64,000 bases of DNA from Felis catus (Eukaryota), in contig NC_058368.1 of assembly GCF_018350175.1 (NCBI RefSeq), positions 126,544,001 to 126,608,000 of the forward strand, given 5' to 3'. The notes under the pieces were generated by a model that was given only the letters and a program-made list of their open reading frames with translations, was not told where the DNA came from and ran no database searches. Both the position numbers and the translations under genes were made by a program. Position 1 is the first letter of the stretch. Each line of letters opens with the position of its first letter. Of the stretch, positions 51,491 through 64,000 are shown piece by piece.

Positions 51491-53744
51491 CTGTACAATA
51501 GTACAATTTATATTTTGAATGGATAATCCAAAGAACTATAGAGAAGCAAGCATTTTCTTTGTTAATATCCCAAAAGAAGATAAAAAATTATTTCAGACTG
51601 CCATAGTCTGCAATTAATGGTTCTATTTGTCCTCTCCCCCAAAAAAGGTTTAATATTGTTATGTATATTGCTGCTATGGCACTATTTATAGTCAACTTTT
51701 TATCATTCTGAAGTATCTACTTGTCTTAAGTGCTTAATAGATTATAAATTATTTGCAGAGAAATACTATCTTATTTGTTTGTGTCCCCTATTTAACATAG
51801 TTAACATCACAAAATAGGTATTTTAAAAAGTATTCTTCATTGAAAAATTGACCCATCAAAAACCTTGGAAAATGTTTAAGGAATAAAAACAGAATTGTAT
51901 AGTAAGGGAAAAAAAAAAGCCTGTGTAGGAAAAAAAATCCACTTCAGCATTTCAAGCTTTCTTTGCATATAGGCCATGACTAAACAACAATGGGGAAAGG
52001 AGGGAGCTTAGTAATATTCAGTGGTGACTGTTTACAATAGGAAATAAAGTATTCTCAAAAAAAAAAAAAAGCAAGTGCAAAAGAACATATTCTCTAAGTT
52101 ACTGGTCTCCAAGTGCTTATCTTATGGGTGCAAAAGCAAACAAACAAAAAAAACCCCAAAAAACAGAAAACATTTATAGCAAAAAATAAGAAATTAAATG
52201 AAAGTGATTTGCAGCTGAAGTTTCTAATACTTTCTCGTAACAAAATGCTCTTCAGTTGCACCAAAAGGAAAAAACAATAGTTGTTTGCTGTGATCTCTGT
52301 AAAATTCTTAAACCAACTGTAGGGAAATTTAGATTAAGTGTTAAATTTTTTTATAATTTCATTACACACAAATTCTAATCTGTTAAAAAGGTAGGTATAG
52401 AGATTTAGAGAAAATAGCAATAAGTTAGCAGGTCATGTTGAGGAAATGGCAGTGATCTCTTTTTTGAAAACACATTAGACTATGCTTTCAATTTTCCAGT
52501 GGAGTTTTATTAGAGGAATTAAATAAAAATATCCTTTTTAACTTGGCCAAATTCCAAAGTTCTACAAAATTAATATAAAACAAAACTCACTGTGAGCTTA
52601 TGTATAAGTTTATATAGAGTGTACAAATATTCAAAAAGACTGTGAGGAAGGACACATAAAAGACATATACAGTATGGTTAATGAAACAGAATTAGTCACA
52701 CTCAAGAATCAGGAGAGGATAATTGTTTTAGCCCTCATTCCCTGGAATTAGGGTGGAAAAAGCTTTCATGTTAATATTTTCTTACAAAGTATACAGTCTC
52801 AGGGCAGCCGGAGAGAGGAGTCCAAGTTCCACATACATGGATGAATCATTTTAGTAGAAGAGGGAAGCTTCGGTGTGGGAGGCAAGAGACTATGGCATTG
52901 GCCACAGGTGAGCTGCTCTGGGTTATGCCTTTCTTGTATTGATAACACAGGCGATAGTCCAACAGAGCTCTTGCAGAAGTGTTTAGCAAGAGCAATGACA
53001 CAAGTGGCCAAGAGTCACCTCAAACAGGTGAAGCAAGATCTGAAAGAGCACATAAAAGGTGTCTGACAGAGAATTTACAAAGCTTATGGAAATCACAAAG
53101 ATAAAATTGTTACTATATTTAAGATGAAATTTCGTTCTGAAATTCCTGGAAATCAAGGTGAAAATCAAAGCTGGGGGGAAAAAAAGTAAACACAGTGTGT
53201 TATATAGCTCTCATTATAGGGGGGTGGGGAATACCATACTAATCCCCCAGGACAAAGAAAATTTTCTTTGAAATAAATTCTGATGGAAATGTCTTTTATA
53301 TGGAGGCACGTTGGATTTATGTCAACAATGGCTTTTTACAACTAGTACTAAGAAGACCTCACAAAACTCCTTTTTTATAGTGCCCTCAAAACACAGAAGG
53401 CAAACATTAGAGCATATCAGTGAAGGCCCTCTGAGAAGCTAGGCAAATACTACAATCTGAACACATAGATTTCTTGTAGTCTCTAACAATCCAAGAATTG
53501 AATGGTAACCTCTCAGGTGAATACTTGGATTCTATGCTATCTAGACTGTCTTCCCTAAATATCATTTTTCTATCTTATACCTTAGGTAGAAGAGAGTGTG
53601 AGGTTATGCACTCTGAAGAGGGCCTCAGATAATTATACTGCATCCAGTATTTTGGATTACAGACACTGACCTTTTATTATTATAAGTGTTAACAAGTCTT
53701 TCTAGTTTTTGGACTTCTTTTGGTCTCTTGAACTTCTCATACCT

Positions 53745-54115
53745 CTGGGGTTCTGTTCCTCTGGGCCTTTGAACATGCTCTGCTTTCTATAAGAAATCAC
53801 ATCCTTCCAATCACCATGCAGATCAAGCCAATTTCCTCTCATCCTTCAAATTTCATCTTGTTCATAATTTTCTCTGATGTTTTCTCAAATACCAGATTCT
53901 TTTAGCTGCTTCTGCAGTATACTTTCAAAACACTATCACATGTATGTCTTATAATATATTCTAAGTGTTTATTTAGTTCTCTGTTTTCCTGCTGAATTCC
54001 ATGTTCCTTAAAGACAAGTACTTTGCTTGTCTTCTTTACCTTTTCATCCCAGGGCCTACCCCAGGGCCTGGCACTGAGTGGCTGGTTAAGAAATACTTAT
54101 TGAATGAGTGAGTGA
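53745..54115 (+). mobile_element. L2 3' fragment
   Basis: gggcctttgaacatgct...cccagggcctggcactgagtgg..aaatacttattgaatgagtgagtga. Confidence 0.7.
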
Positions 54116-54164
54116 AACCTACATGGAAAATGTACACCTTGTGGGGCTACCTGAATTAATTGGA

Positions 54165-54373
54165 GGGGCACCTGGGTGGCTCAGTCGGTTAAGCATCCAA
54201 CTTCGGCTCAGGTCATGATCTCACGGTCCGTGAGTTCAAGCCCCGCGTCGGGCTCTGTGCTGACAGCTCGGAGCCTGGAGCCTGCTTTGGATTCTGTGTC
54301 TCCCTCTCTCTCTCTGCCCCTCCCCTGTTCATCTCTGTCTCTGTCTCAAAAATAAATAAACTTTAAAAAAAAT
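54165..54373 (+). mobile_element. Can-SINE
   Basis: TSD tgaatt(a/g)attgga at 54152 and 54374. Confidence 0.95.
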
Positions 54374-54649
54374 TGAATTGATTGGAGTATTTTGTAAAAA
54401 GATGTGATAAAGTAAGGTGGCTGTAAACAACCCTATTGGGAACTGCAGTGAGGCTTGCAATGGTTCTTTGGATTTGTCCACTTGGTGAAAATATGTCTAA
54501 ATCATGGTCAGTAAGTAGACTAACTGACCAGATCCCCATTTGCTTAAACTTGCAGTTTGTTAGGGAGAACACTGTGTGCAGTTGCAAAGTCAAGGGTAGG
54601 AATTTAGTGGCTCCATTGCTGTAAAAAAAAAAAAAATAGAGCTTAACTC

Positions 54650-54798
54650 TTTTTATTAAAAAAAAATTTATAAATATTTAAATAAATATGTTTATATTTA
54701 TATTATATTTATATTTATATAATAAATATATAAATTTAAATTTAAATATTTAAATAAATATTTTAAAAATATTTATTTTTTAAATAAATAATTTATTA
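54650..54798. repeat. Nearly pure A/T low-complexity tract
   Basis: About 150 bp with a single G. Confidence 0.9.
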
Positions 54799-55967
54799 GA
54801 GAAACAGGTACCAAATAGATTCAAATAGTCCTAGAAACCCAAAATCACCACTGCAAATTTCACTGCCTTTGAAATGTTTCTCAGGTGAGTGAGTGGTGGC
54901 CCACAAGTTCCCTGGGTCTCAGTTGGAGCACGGCCCTGGATGTATGGAATTTGAATCTCCTGTCATGGCTCTTCCTAAACGTCCAGCAGCTAAGACTCAA
55001 ATATCTATGCCAACTGCAGTGCCTTTCAACTTGACTTAAAATCTTCTCATCCCTGACTTTAAATGCATTTCTGTTCTAAGTATGGCATGGCCACAGGCTG
55101 CTGTATTTCCTGTAGGAGAATGTCACTGGCTTATCTCCTCCAGCTTTATTTATTTACATTCGGCTTTTTATGACACAATGAGGAACTCTAAATATAATTT
55201 TTTTAAGGCAGGAAATCTGGTGAGCAGATTGATATTTTTTAAAAAACCACCAGAGTGAGGATAAAAGTCTAACACCGTCTTCCCACCAGTTTTAAATAAT
55301 TCATTTCTATGACGTTCAGGGTACCATTGCAGATGTGCTAGAACCAGAATGAAATTTCACCTTCAAATATTCTCTTCCTCTGCAATTTTCCTTGTTTTTT
55401 TTTAATCCAAAAATATATAATTGTCTTAAACGAAGGTGCTATCATATTAAATATGAATTTTAGCTTGATAGTAACAGCAAAGATAAGCCTTTGTTCAGGG
55501 CTTCTTAATCCTGTTCAAGGGTCCTATCAACTATAGAATCAGTTCTGTCACAGCTCAAAGGGGGCAGTTTTGGGATTAGAGCACAGACATCTGAGCCCAA
55601 GGCTCCCCACCACTGCACAGTGGGCATCAAGGAGTCTTTCCTCTCCCTGGATCTTACTGGCTCAGTCTCTCAGTGCTGCTCTGAACCAGCCTTAAAACAT
55701 TTTTCTTGTACGGATAACCCAACCCAAGCTCAAGTTTACATTTAGAGAATAGATAGCTCCTAATCCACAGCTCCTTCCAAAAACAAACAAACAACAAACA
55801 AACAAAAATACTGAAATAAACAGTCTATTCTCTCAACTGTCTCTTCCATCTCCTGTTTGGTTTATCAGGCCAAAAACGTTGGGGTTAATCTTAACTCTTT
55901 ATTTTCTGACAGCCGACACCCAGTGCTTCAAAAACTGCTGTTATATCTTGGCTCTAATTTCAAAATA

Positions 55968-56634
55968 CTGTCTACTCTTGTTGTCCAAGGTTGTTATGCT
56001 CTATGAAATCACCAAAAATGTTCATTTAGCGACTACTGAATTGTTGCTGCCTAGGGAAAGTTCAGGGTTAGGTTGCTGTGAGCCTCAGGCCACATTTTTG
56101 CCTGCTGGTCAATACACACTTGGTTTTAGGTATGTTTCCACTTAAAGACACTGTTTTACTTAATATGTATTCTTGATTCATGAGCTTTGAACTCATAGCC
56201 AACATCAACAAAGTCATACCTGAATGGAGCTTATCTGATGCATGTATTCCTGCACAAGCATATACAAGCCCCTTGGTACTTACAAACACCAGCTAGCCCT
56301 TCAGCTTTATGCTTGGAGCTCACTTAAAACAGCAAAATCACCAATAAAAAGCACAAAATGTGAAAAGTACAGTGCTAAATATATTGTGAAAAAGCATTAT
56401 TTACTGGAGAAGACCGAAACAAGGCAAAGCATGGCCTTTTACAATCTCTGCTGGGAATATGTGGGAATCAGACCACTCAGATTTTTCATCACTTTGCCTA
56501 TGTCTGCAAGTGTCTGTGAAAGCGCCATGAGTATTTATTTTGGGATTACAAATACATTTCAGTAAGTAGGCAAATTTGCAAATACAGAATCCAAATTTGC
56601 AAATACAGAATCCATGAATAATGAGAACCAACTG
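55968..56634 (-). mobile_element. MER82 (TcMar-Tigger family) DNA transposon
   Basis: Minus strand begins cagttggttctcattattcatggattctgtatttgcaaattt; TA dinucleotides at 55966-67 and 56635-36. Confidence 0.85.
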
Positions 56635-56670
56635 TATACCCAGAATCCCCCTACCCCACCATTTCCGCTG

Positions 56671-57114
56671 TGTGTTCGCATGCTAGGGCTGCCATAGCCA
56701 GGTCCACGGACTGGTTAGCTAAATAACAGAAATTTATTGTCTCACAGTTCTGGGTCTCTAAGTCCCAGATCAGAGTATTGGGAGGTCTTATACTGGTGCT
56801 GTGAGAGTGAGTATTGTGAGAGCGAATCTGTTCCGGACCCTTCTCCTAGTTTCTAGTAGCCTCAGGCATACTATAATTGTAGATGGCCATCTGCTCCCTG
56901 TGTTTTCATATCATCTCTCCTTTGTATGTGTCTCCCTCTATGCCCAAAGTTATCCTTTCTATAAAGATACAGTAATATTGGATCAAGTCCCACCTTAATG
57001 ACCTCATCTCAACTTGATCATCTGCAAACTCCTCATTCTAAATATGGCCACATTCACATGTTCTTAGGATTAGAACTTGAACATTTTTGGAGGGATACAA
57101 TTCAAGCCATAACA
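56671..57114. mobile_element. MLT1-type MaLR solo LTR
   Basis: tgtgtt..ctagggctgccata..aacagaaatttattgtctcacagttctgg...ggatacaattcaagccataaca with TG...CA ends. Confidence 0.87.
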
Positions 57115-59202
57115 CATTGACACCACGTTGTTTATGCCACCATCCTCTCCTCTCTGGATTGTCGCTATAGACTAACTGGTCACCCTTCTTCTGCCACTGT
57201 CCCAGCCCCCAGAATCTTCCCAGAACATAGAGGGAGCTTTACAGACTGTAAATCAGATCATGTCACTCTTCCCATCTCTCCTGGATTAAAGCCAAAGCCC
57301 TTATAGACCCTATGATATCCGGTGCAACTGACTTACCACCTCTCTGACCTCTTGCAGCCTGGTCTAGCCACAACAGCCTCCTTGCTATGCCTAGAACAAG
57401 CCAGACATTATTCTTCCCCGGAGCATTTGCTCCTGCTATTCTTACTGCCTGGCAGTCTCTTTCCCAGATATCCTTCTGGTTCTCCCCTCACCTCCTTTGG
57501 CTTCACTATAATATCACCTTCTCAGCAAGGCCTTTTCCTCCCCCACTCTATTTCATATTGCAACCCTTTTTTATTTTATAACCTACTTATTTATCATGTC
57601 TGTCTCCCCAGCAAGAATGCAAATTCCAAAGAACAGCAATCTCTGTCCTTTTTATGCATTATTATGTCATGTGTCTAGAATAGTCTCTGGCACATGCTAG
57701 GTATTCAGGTAATATTTGTTGAGTGAATGAATGCATGCATAACAGAAAGACAAGTATATAGGACTAGGTCTTATTCATTTTCTGTCTTTGTAGTGCAGCA
57801 CAGTCCCAGGCACTTATCAGTTATGTGTCCAACAGAAAACTGATGACAAGGGTCAGAATAGTAACAGACAGTTAAGATGAAAATAAATCAATACTTTCAA
57901 TTCGAATCTAGTTAAGGAGGTAATGCCTATTTTACCAAAATTTTTTCTTTATTATAAAATTCCCCCAGCTTTTCAGTAATATGGAGAGGATATATGTGAG
58001 TAGAATTAATAAAGAGAAATTAAAAGTTTTAGTATGTATGTTGGGCAAAGTGGCTTGAAGTTAATTTGTTAGTTTCTGTAATACATTCTAACCCTATGAT
58101 GGTTTGGTTTTGGTGTGTTTTTTTGTTTGTATCTCTCTTTTTGGAGGGGAGAACTTATTTGGGGAGTGAGTTAGCACAACAAATACGTAGCACATCTTTC
58201 AGGACACCTAAAAAGAATGAGAAATGTCATCTAACCCGATGGGAAATATTTGCTCATCAGTTCAAACTTTTTCTTACTGTTTCTGTTTCCAATTAACCAC
58301 TGTCTGCCTCTGGGTTTTCTTGCTTCTTTGTTGGTTTTTTCCACTCACTCATTTGCTGCACTTGGTCCTGGCTTGTCTCAATGAATTCCCCAGGCTGGCA
58401 ACTGAGATAAAACTTAGCTGCATGAAGAATACAGACACGCTACAAAATGTAAAGCTTTGAATTAAAGATCTTCATTAAGATCTTTCATTTGACCCAATAT
58501 CTCTCCAGACCTATAAGGCAAATATGGGCTCCTCGTCTGGTCAAAAAGAATCTTTTTTTTTTTTTCTGGTGACCTAGGAAATGAGAAAAGTCTTGAAGAC
58601 TGGAGCCTAGCCCGTATGACTTTGTGTTTTGATACCCACCTAACCTCAACTGTACTCAGAGGTGGTAATTACTATTCTGTAAATATTAATGCTAACCTAA
58701 AGGCTAGAAGCTAAATTCTAGTTGCTGCAGCCTTACCCCAGTCAGCCTATATAGGGAATATAAAGATTAAATAAAAGACTTGGGCTCTTGGATAAAAGGT
58801 ACTATATAAACATGATTGCTATTTGTTCTGCTTCTCTTGCACTTTGAAAATATACTTCCTGGCAGCTACTTTTGTGCAGTTTTGTGTGACTCTACTTATT
58901 GCAAATGCCAGTATTTTCTCATAGGATTTTCTTGGTTTCCACCTATTTTAATAAACCTTCTTTTCTTTGAAATTAGTTGCCTGCCTTTGGGGAATAGATT
59001 GGTCTTGAAGGACAATAATTATACCTGTCACGTATCACCTGAGGGAAGGTGATTGTGGTAAGAGCCTATTTTCCAGGTGTAGATGTTCATCTTGGTGTCT
59101 GGGTGGTATTGCTGATTATTATTTTTTAAAAACAAGTCTGTGGGACTGTTGGTGATTGGATTTAGAAAACAGATTTCTAGGCTTTAAAAAGGAACAGTTA
59201 TT

Positions 59203-59430
59203 GGGACGCCTGGGTGGCTCAGTCGGTTAAGCGTCCGCCTTCAGCTCAGGTCACGATCTCACGGACTGTGAGTTCGAGCCCCACGTCGGGCTCTGGGCTG
59301 ATGGCTCAGAGCCTGGAGCCTGCTTCTGGTTTTGTGTCTCCCTCTCTCTCTGCCCCTCCCCCGTTCATGTTCTGTCTCTCTCTGTCTTAAAAATAAATAA
59401 ACGTTAAAAAAAATTAAAAAAAAAATAAAT
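59203..59430 (+). mobile_element. Can-SINE (fairly young)
   Basis: Perfect TSD aaaaaggaacagttat at 59186-59201 and 59431-59446. Confidence 0.96.
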
Positions 59431-59871
59431 AAAAAGGAACAGTTATACCTGTGACTTTCTTGAACTTTACTAGTGTTTTCAGGTCTGTCATGAATATGGC
59501 CTCCAAATCTGCTTTCTAATCTCAGTGAATATGTTTAGTATTTCCTGATACCTATTACTTATCCTTATTTTCTAATTTCCCAATGAGCAAATACACGTGC
59601 ACTCAGCATTGTGAAATGAATGGAAAGGCCAAGTCTTCTATGTCTAAACTGATACAACTCCAGTCTAATCGGTGCTTATTTCTAAATAGTTGACATTGTT
59701 TGCCTAGTGTAGGACTCCTTACTCTAGTGGGAGGGTTCTGGAGCCTCATTTGCTTATTTACCATTGGGCCGGGCTTGGTCATTTATCTTTGCAACTCAGT
59801 TCATTAATATAATTATCTTAATTATTGGTTGTAAACCAACCTCCTACATACCCACTCCTTGAAAACAAAAA

Positions 59872-59961
59872 AAGGAAGGAAGGAAGGAAGGAAGGAAGGA
59901 AGGAAGGAAGGAAGGAAGGAAAAGAAAGAAAGAGAAAGGAGGGAAGAAAGAGGGAGAAAAG
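59872..59961. repeat. (GGAA)n microsatellite and polypurine tract
   Basis: About 12 GGAA units followed by a GA-only tract. Confidence 0.95.
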
Positions 59962-60494
59962 ACATAAAGAAATATTCAAGGAAACTTCAGAAAATTAGAA
60001 AAATAACACAATATTAATCATGGGAGGATTATATTTTATCACCAGATGTTGGGTCATGGTGTATAATGTCTGATTCCATTAAATTTAGGCAGAGCCCATA
60101 CTAAGTGTTGTCAATACCTTTCCTTTTCTGTACTATCAATTTCCAAAGCAAGAGCAAGAATCATGGTGTAACTAAAAGGACGTATAAACAGCCCAACCAT
60201 ATATCACAGCCTTCATGCCATCAATCTCATATTCTTTGCTTATATAATAACCCTTAGGATGGTTCTCACTTAAAGTCTGTTATATCCTATAACCTAATTT
60301 TAATTTAAAATATCAAATGAACTTGGCTGTTTCTACAGTTTTCCTTCCCATAGCATATTGAAAGCAACAGAAGGCAGATGAGAGGAGAAATGTCAAAAGG
60401 CCAAGGTGGTTCCTAAGTGGTTTCCAGGCTTTTTTTTTTTTTTAACAAAATACTCACAGCAATTAAAAGTTTTTGAGTAGTCAGACTGACATAT

Positions 60495-60670
60495 GTCTAC
60501 CCAGAGTTAGCCAGACTCAAGATTAAGGGCATAGTCCTCCACAAAATTGGCCTCACTTCAGTTTGGGGGTCCCCAGGGCTATTCTGAGCAGCTGGCTACA
60601 AATTCAGGGTTTCCCATGACTACTGTTAGGTTTGAGGAGTCACTAAAATGACTGACGAGTCAGGAAAGAG
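60495..60670. mobile_element. MER21-like ERV LTR fragment
   Basis: ctacccagagttag..ttaagggcatagtcctcc..cctcacttcag..gggggtccccagg..ctggctacaaattcagggtttcccatgac. Confidence 0.7.
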
Positions 60671-61520
60671 ATATTTTAGAGCACTACTTAAAATTAGAGC
60701 ACTACTATGGAAGACCACTTCTTGGAAAACTGCCCTGAGCAGCCTCGCCAAGGAGCCCTGCAGGGCTGACTAACCTGGGCACACCGTCACCAGATGGTCT
60801 CCTCGGGCCCTACCACGATTCTTATTTGCATCTCACTTTCCCTTTGGCATCCTTTTTTTTTTCTCTTGCCCTCATTGGCTTTCCAAATTTTGCTATATCC
60901 AAATCAGTTTCATTCCCACTGAAGATAAGGCCAACATGACCGGATTTTGTGGAAATAGCCCTTATTAGAACGCCCACGTCAAAATGTCAAAGCATTCTTT
61001 TTATGAGCAAATAGAACAACAAATATTTTTACCTCCTACTCCATCCCTAACCCCATTTCTTATCAAACCCCTTCTCTCAACCTCACACCTTTGCTGAATT
61101 CCACTGGACTTGATCCTAAACATGACATTTTTGATAGATTTGTTACCTGCCGTTCAAAGAGTTTAGTATAGTAAAAAGTAGCTGTGCCCACTCCACAACC
61201 CAGCACTTCCTAATTGCATATCAAATATTTAAGGAATATGAAAAAAATCAGTGCTCTCCCATAATTGAGATTATTTCCTTTCTGTTTTTGATACACTGTG
61301 AACTTTGAATATGTATATTACTATGGTAATTTATGCAAATCTTTGCCTTCAGAGTTTATATTCTGGAGATGAGTCCTTTCTGAATTGCTGGCACACAGAA
61401 TTTTATATCCTATGACCTTATCATATATATTGAAAAGTACCAAAGGGGACTTAATTTATGTAGCTTGATAAAACAGCTTATTTTAAGAGAAATTTCCTTA
61501 AGCCAGGAGGAAAAGTTGCC

Positions 61521-61553
<33 letters not shown>

Positions 61554-61789
61554 AATTCCCTCAATTTAAAACCAACAGAGACAGGGATCTGGGGAGGAAA
61601 CTAGAAAGGCAGTAAGAAGGGGCAGGATTATTGGTTAAGTCTCCATTTTCAGAAGGGCAAGAGGTGCCAAGCTGAGGACTCAGGCTGGTGAGGAGAGCTG
61701 TGAGAGCTTCACAGACCCTTAATGAAAGCCCCTTGCCTCAAAGTTAGACAAATTCAACAAACCAAAATACTGTATAACCTTGGAACTTT

Positions 61790-61915
61790 CACAGTGCTTA
61801 AAATTCCTCGGGCTTACTTGACTATATTTAAAAGAGGTAAAGGATTCCTAACTTACAAGATGGCTGTGAGGAGTAGAGGAGAAGATCTAATGTACCTGGC
61901 ATGTTGTAGACACTA
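61790..61915 (+). mobile_element. MIR fragment
   Basis: ggctgtgaggagtaga...gtacctggcatgttgtagacact. Confidence 0.5.
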
Positions 61916-62260
61916 AGGGACTTTATGTTGCCCTCAGTCTGTATCAAACAGTAGTTTCCGGTCCAGATTGCACACTAGAATCACTTGGACATCTTTTCAA
62001 GGTATATTGTCCTATGCAGTAATTCAATCAGAATTTCGGCCATTGTTACCCCAGCCTCAGGATTTTTAAAAAAACTCTCCCCAAGGGATTGGAGTATGAA
62101 CTTACATTGAAAGATGAGAGCTTTTCCCAAGACAATTGTTTCATCACATATTATTGGAATTGGACACACATGTATTAATAATAACATTCTGGGGAAATAC
62201 ATAAATGTATCTTATATAACTTCTTAACCCTTGTGTTTTTAAATTTTGCAGAATGATTTT

Positions 62261-62469
62261 AAAAAATTTTTAATGTTTATTTTTGAAAGAGAGGGAGAGT
62301 GTGCATGCACATAAGTGAGGGAGAGGCAGAGAAAGAGGGAGACACAGAATCTGAAGCAGGTTCCAGCCTTGTCAGCACAGAGCACGAGCCAGGCCTTGAA
62401 CTCGTAAACCATGACATCATGACCTGAGCTGAAGTTAACGCTTAACCTACTGAGTCACTGAGGCACCCC
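62261..62469 (-). mobile_element. Can-SINE
   Basis: TSD ttgcagaatgatttt at 62246-62260 and 62470-62484. Confidence 0.93.
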
Positions 62470-63258
62470 TTGCAGAATGATTTTTAATGCCCCTACCTCT
62501 AAAACCAATCCATTAAAAATGACAACTCTATCCCACATATTTCCAGTTTAGGCTAGATCTTAATGCTACGTTGTTTGCTAGGCTTTTTTTTTCCCTCAGA
62601 AATTCTGTGATTCAGGTAGAAGCACAGCACTGAGTCTAAATATGGATCAGTAATTCAAACCAAAGAAGGATTCAGACCACAAGTCCTGGTCCTCTGAGGA
62701 CCTACAGCCGAACCAGCTGTGTTCTGAGGGAGGGGCTCTTTCTAGAGTTCCTCCCAGTGTGAGAAACATAAGCTTGAACCCATGGGTCAAATCAAGGAGT
62801 TTCCCCTGGAAGGGGTCAAGAGATGCAGTGACCAGTAGTAAGCACTTCCTATCTAAGAATTTATCATCAGTGCAGCTGCTGCAAAGGTGCCCAGGAGTCA
62901 CTGACTGTTTCATTAATGGCCGAAGGACAGGAATGGAAAGGGCTTCAGTAGGCCTGTGGTAAACACTTCATCAAATGTGTGTTAGTCACATGTTTTAGCA
63001 GCCCTGTGTGGCATTTCCAGTGAACTCAGTCTGGGAGCAGCAGCAGCACCTGGTTGCTGATTTGGCATGAGGTGACAAGTATATATTATCTCTTTTCAGG
63101 TTTTCATCTTTCTCTTTGATGAGATGATTACTCAGAGAAGAGGTGAGGCCAGACTCTGAACTTCTAAGCAAGCCGAACAGGGATACAGTCAGGCTTGTGG
63201 CTTTCTAAACACTATGTATATATAATATATGTAAATATATATCAATATTATATATAAT

Positions 63259-63500
63259 ATTTATTTTTGAGAAAGAGCATGAGCAGTTGGAGAGGCAGAG
63301 GAAGAGAGAGAGAGAGAGGAGAGAGAGAGAGAAGAGAAGAGAGGAGAGGAGAGAAGAGGAGAGGAGAGGAGAGGAGAATCCCAAGCAGGCTCCAGGCTCT
63401 GTATGGAGCTTGATACAGGGCTTGATCTCACGACCATGAGATCATGACCTGAACCAAAATCAAGAGTCAGACACTTAACCGACTGAACCACCCAGATACC
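63259..63500 (-). mobile_element. Can-SINE with expanded (GAGAG)n internal tract
   Basis: Reverse SINE body whose CT-rich region is expanded as pentamers. Confidence 0.9.
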
Positions 63501-63507
63501 TGTGAAC

Positions 63508-63509
<2 letters not shown>

Positions 63510-63564
<55 letters not shown>
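63510..63564. repeat. (TA)n microsatellite
   Basis: Direct reading. Confidence 0.96.
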
Positions 63565-63567
<3 letters not shown>

Positions 63568-64000
63568 AAAACTTAGATATGAAGCCCACAGTATGCTGAA
63601 TATAGCATACAAGATTCATTGCAACCAATGAGGATTGTTTTTTGTTTGTTTCTCTTTTGTTTGCAATTAGGGGTTTTTGCATGGCAGTCACTTCAATGCC
63701 TCACAAACTTAGGAGTCTTTCAGGGGAAATAAGACATGTAGCTAGTTCTCTGGTCACCAGGCCACTATTATGGAATCAACCTTAACCCTAGAGTTGACTT
63801 CTCGGCCAGTCTCTTAGCTCTTCCCTTCCCTCTGTGCTTTCCAAGTGGCCAGGGTGTTTATGCTAGACACCCTACGATTTCCAAAGCCCCATTCTGCCGG
63901 GTCTGCTCTTCCAAACCTAGATGAGGTGTAATAACCGCGTGTACCTATCTTCACTCCAGCCACACCAGACCACGGATCATTACTCAAATGTGTGGTGCCC

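Larger units (their letters stand above)
55825..57735 (+). mobile_element. L2 element interrupted by MER82 and an MLT1 LTR
   Basis: caggccaaaaac.ttggggttaatcttaactc...; tgtaaatcagatcatgtcactc; tail aatatttgttgagtgaatgaatg. Confidence 0.75.

Noticed and set aside
52300..53500. Possible processed pseudogene or transposase remnant
   Set aside because: I recognised no protein motif, poly-A/TSD or terminal repeat, so it cannot be supported without a search.
62688..62702. Palindrome ggtcctc-t-gaggacc
   Set aside because: Arms of 7 bp are expected by chance, and there is no larger hairpin suggesting a pre-miRNA.
63100..63148. Possible cryptic small exon (ctcttttcag...gag|gtgagg)
   Set aside because: It has no Rab3-like coding content, and such splice-like pairs are expected by chance in 64 kb.

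Overview
This window is AT-rich eukaryotic DNA from a cat-family (Felidae-like) genome, judged from about 26 tRNA-derived Can-SINEs of the SINEC_Fc type and a feline-type L1 3' end. It is almost entirely intron. The only supportable coding sequence is one 119-bp internal exon on the + strand (46660-46778). It encodes the Rab3 switch-II region [39 protein letters not shown](W) between canonical AG and GT sites. With no other Rab3 exon in >46 kb upstream or >17 kb downstream, the gene is most consistent with RAB3C, the large-intron paralogue. The rest is mammalian repeat sequence: Can-SINEs with target-site duplications (TSDs), L1 fragments, L2, MIR, MaLR/ERV LTRs, MER58A, MER82 and microsatellites. 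The ORF track is essentially noise plus L1 ORF2 remnants. I found no prokaryote-style or otherwise novel gene system. The most interesting observations are structural: repeated reuse of one insertion nick by successive retroposons, a short telomeric (CCCTAA)n insert inside an L1 fragment, a SINE dimer inside a single TSD pair, very young and probably polymorphic SINEs, and candidate neuronal splicing or regulatory motifs beside the exon. Repeat subfamily names come from my recognition of consensus sequences and were not verified by a search.
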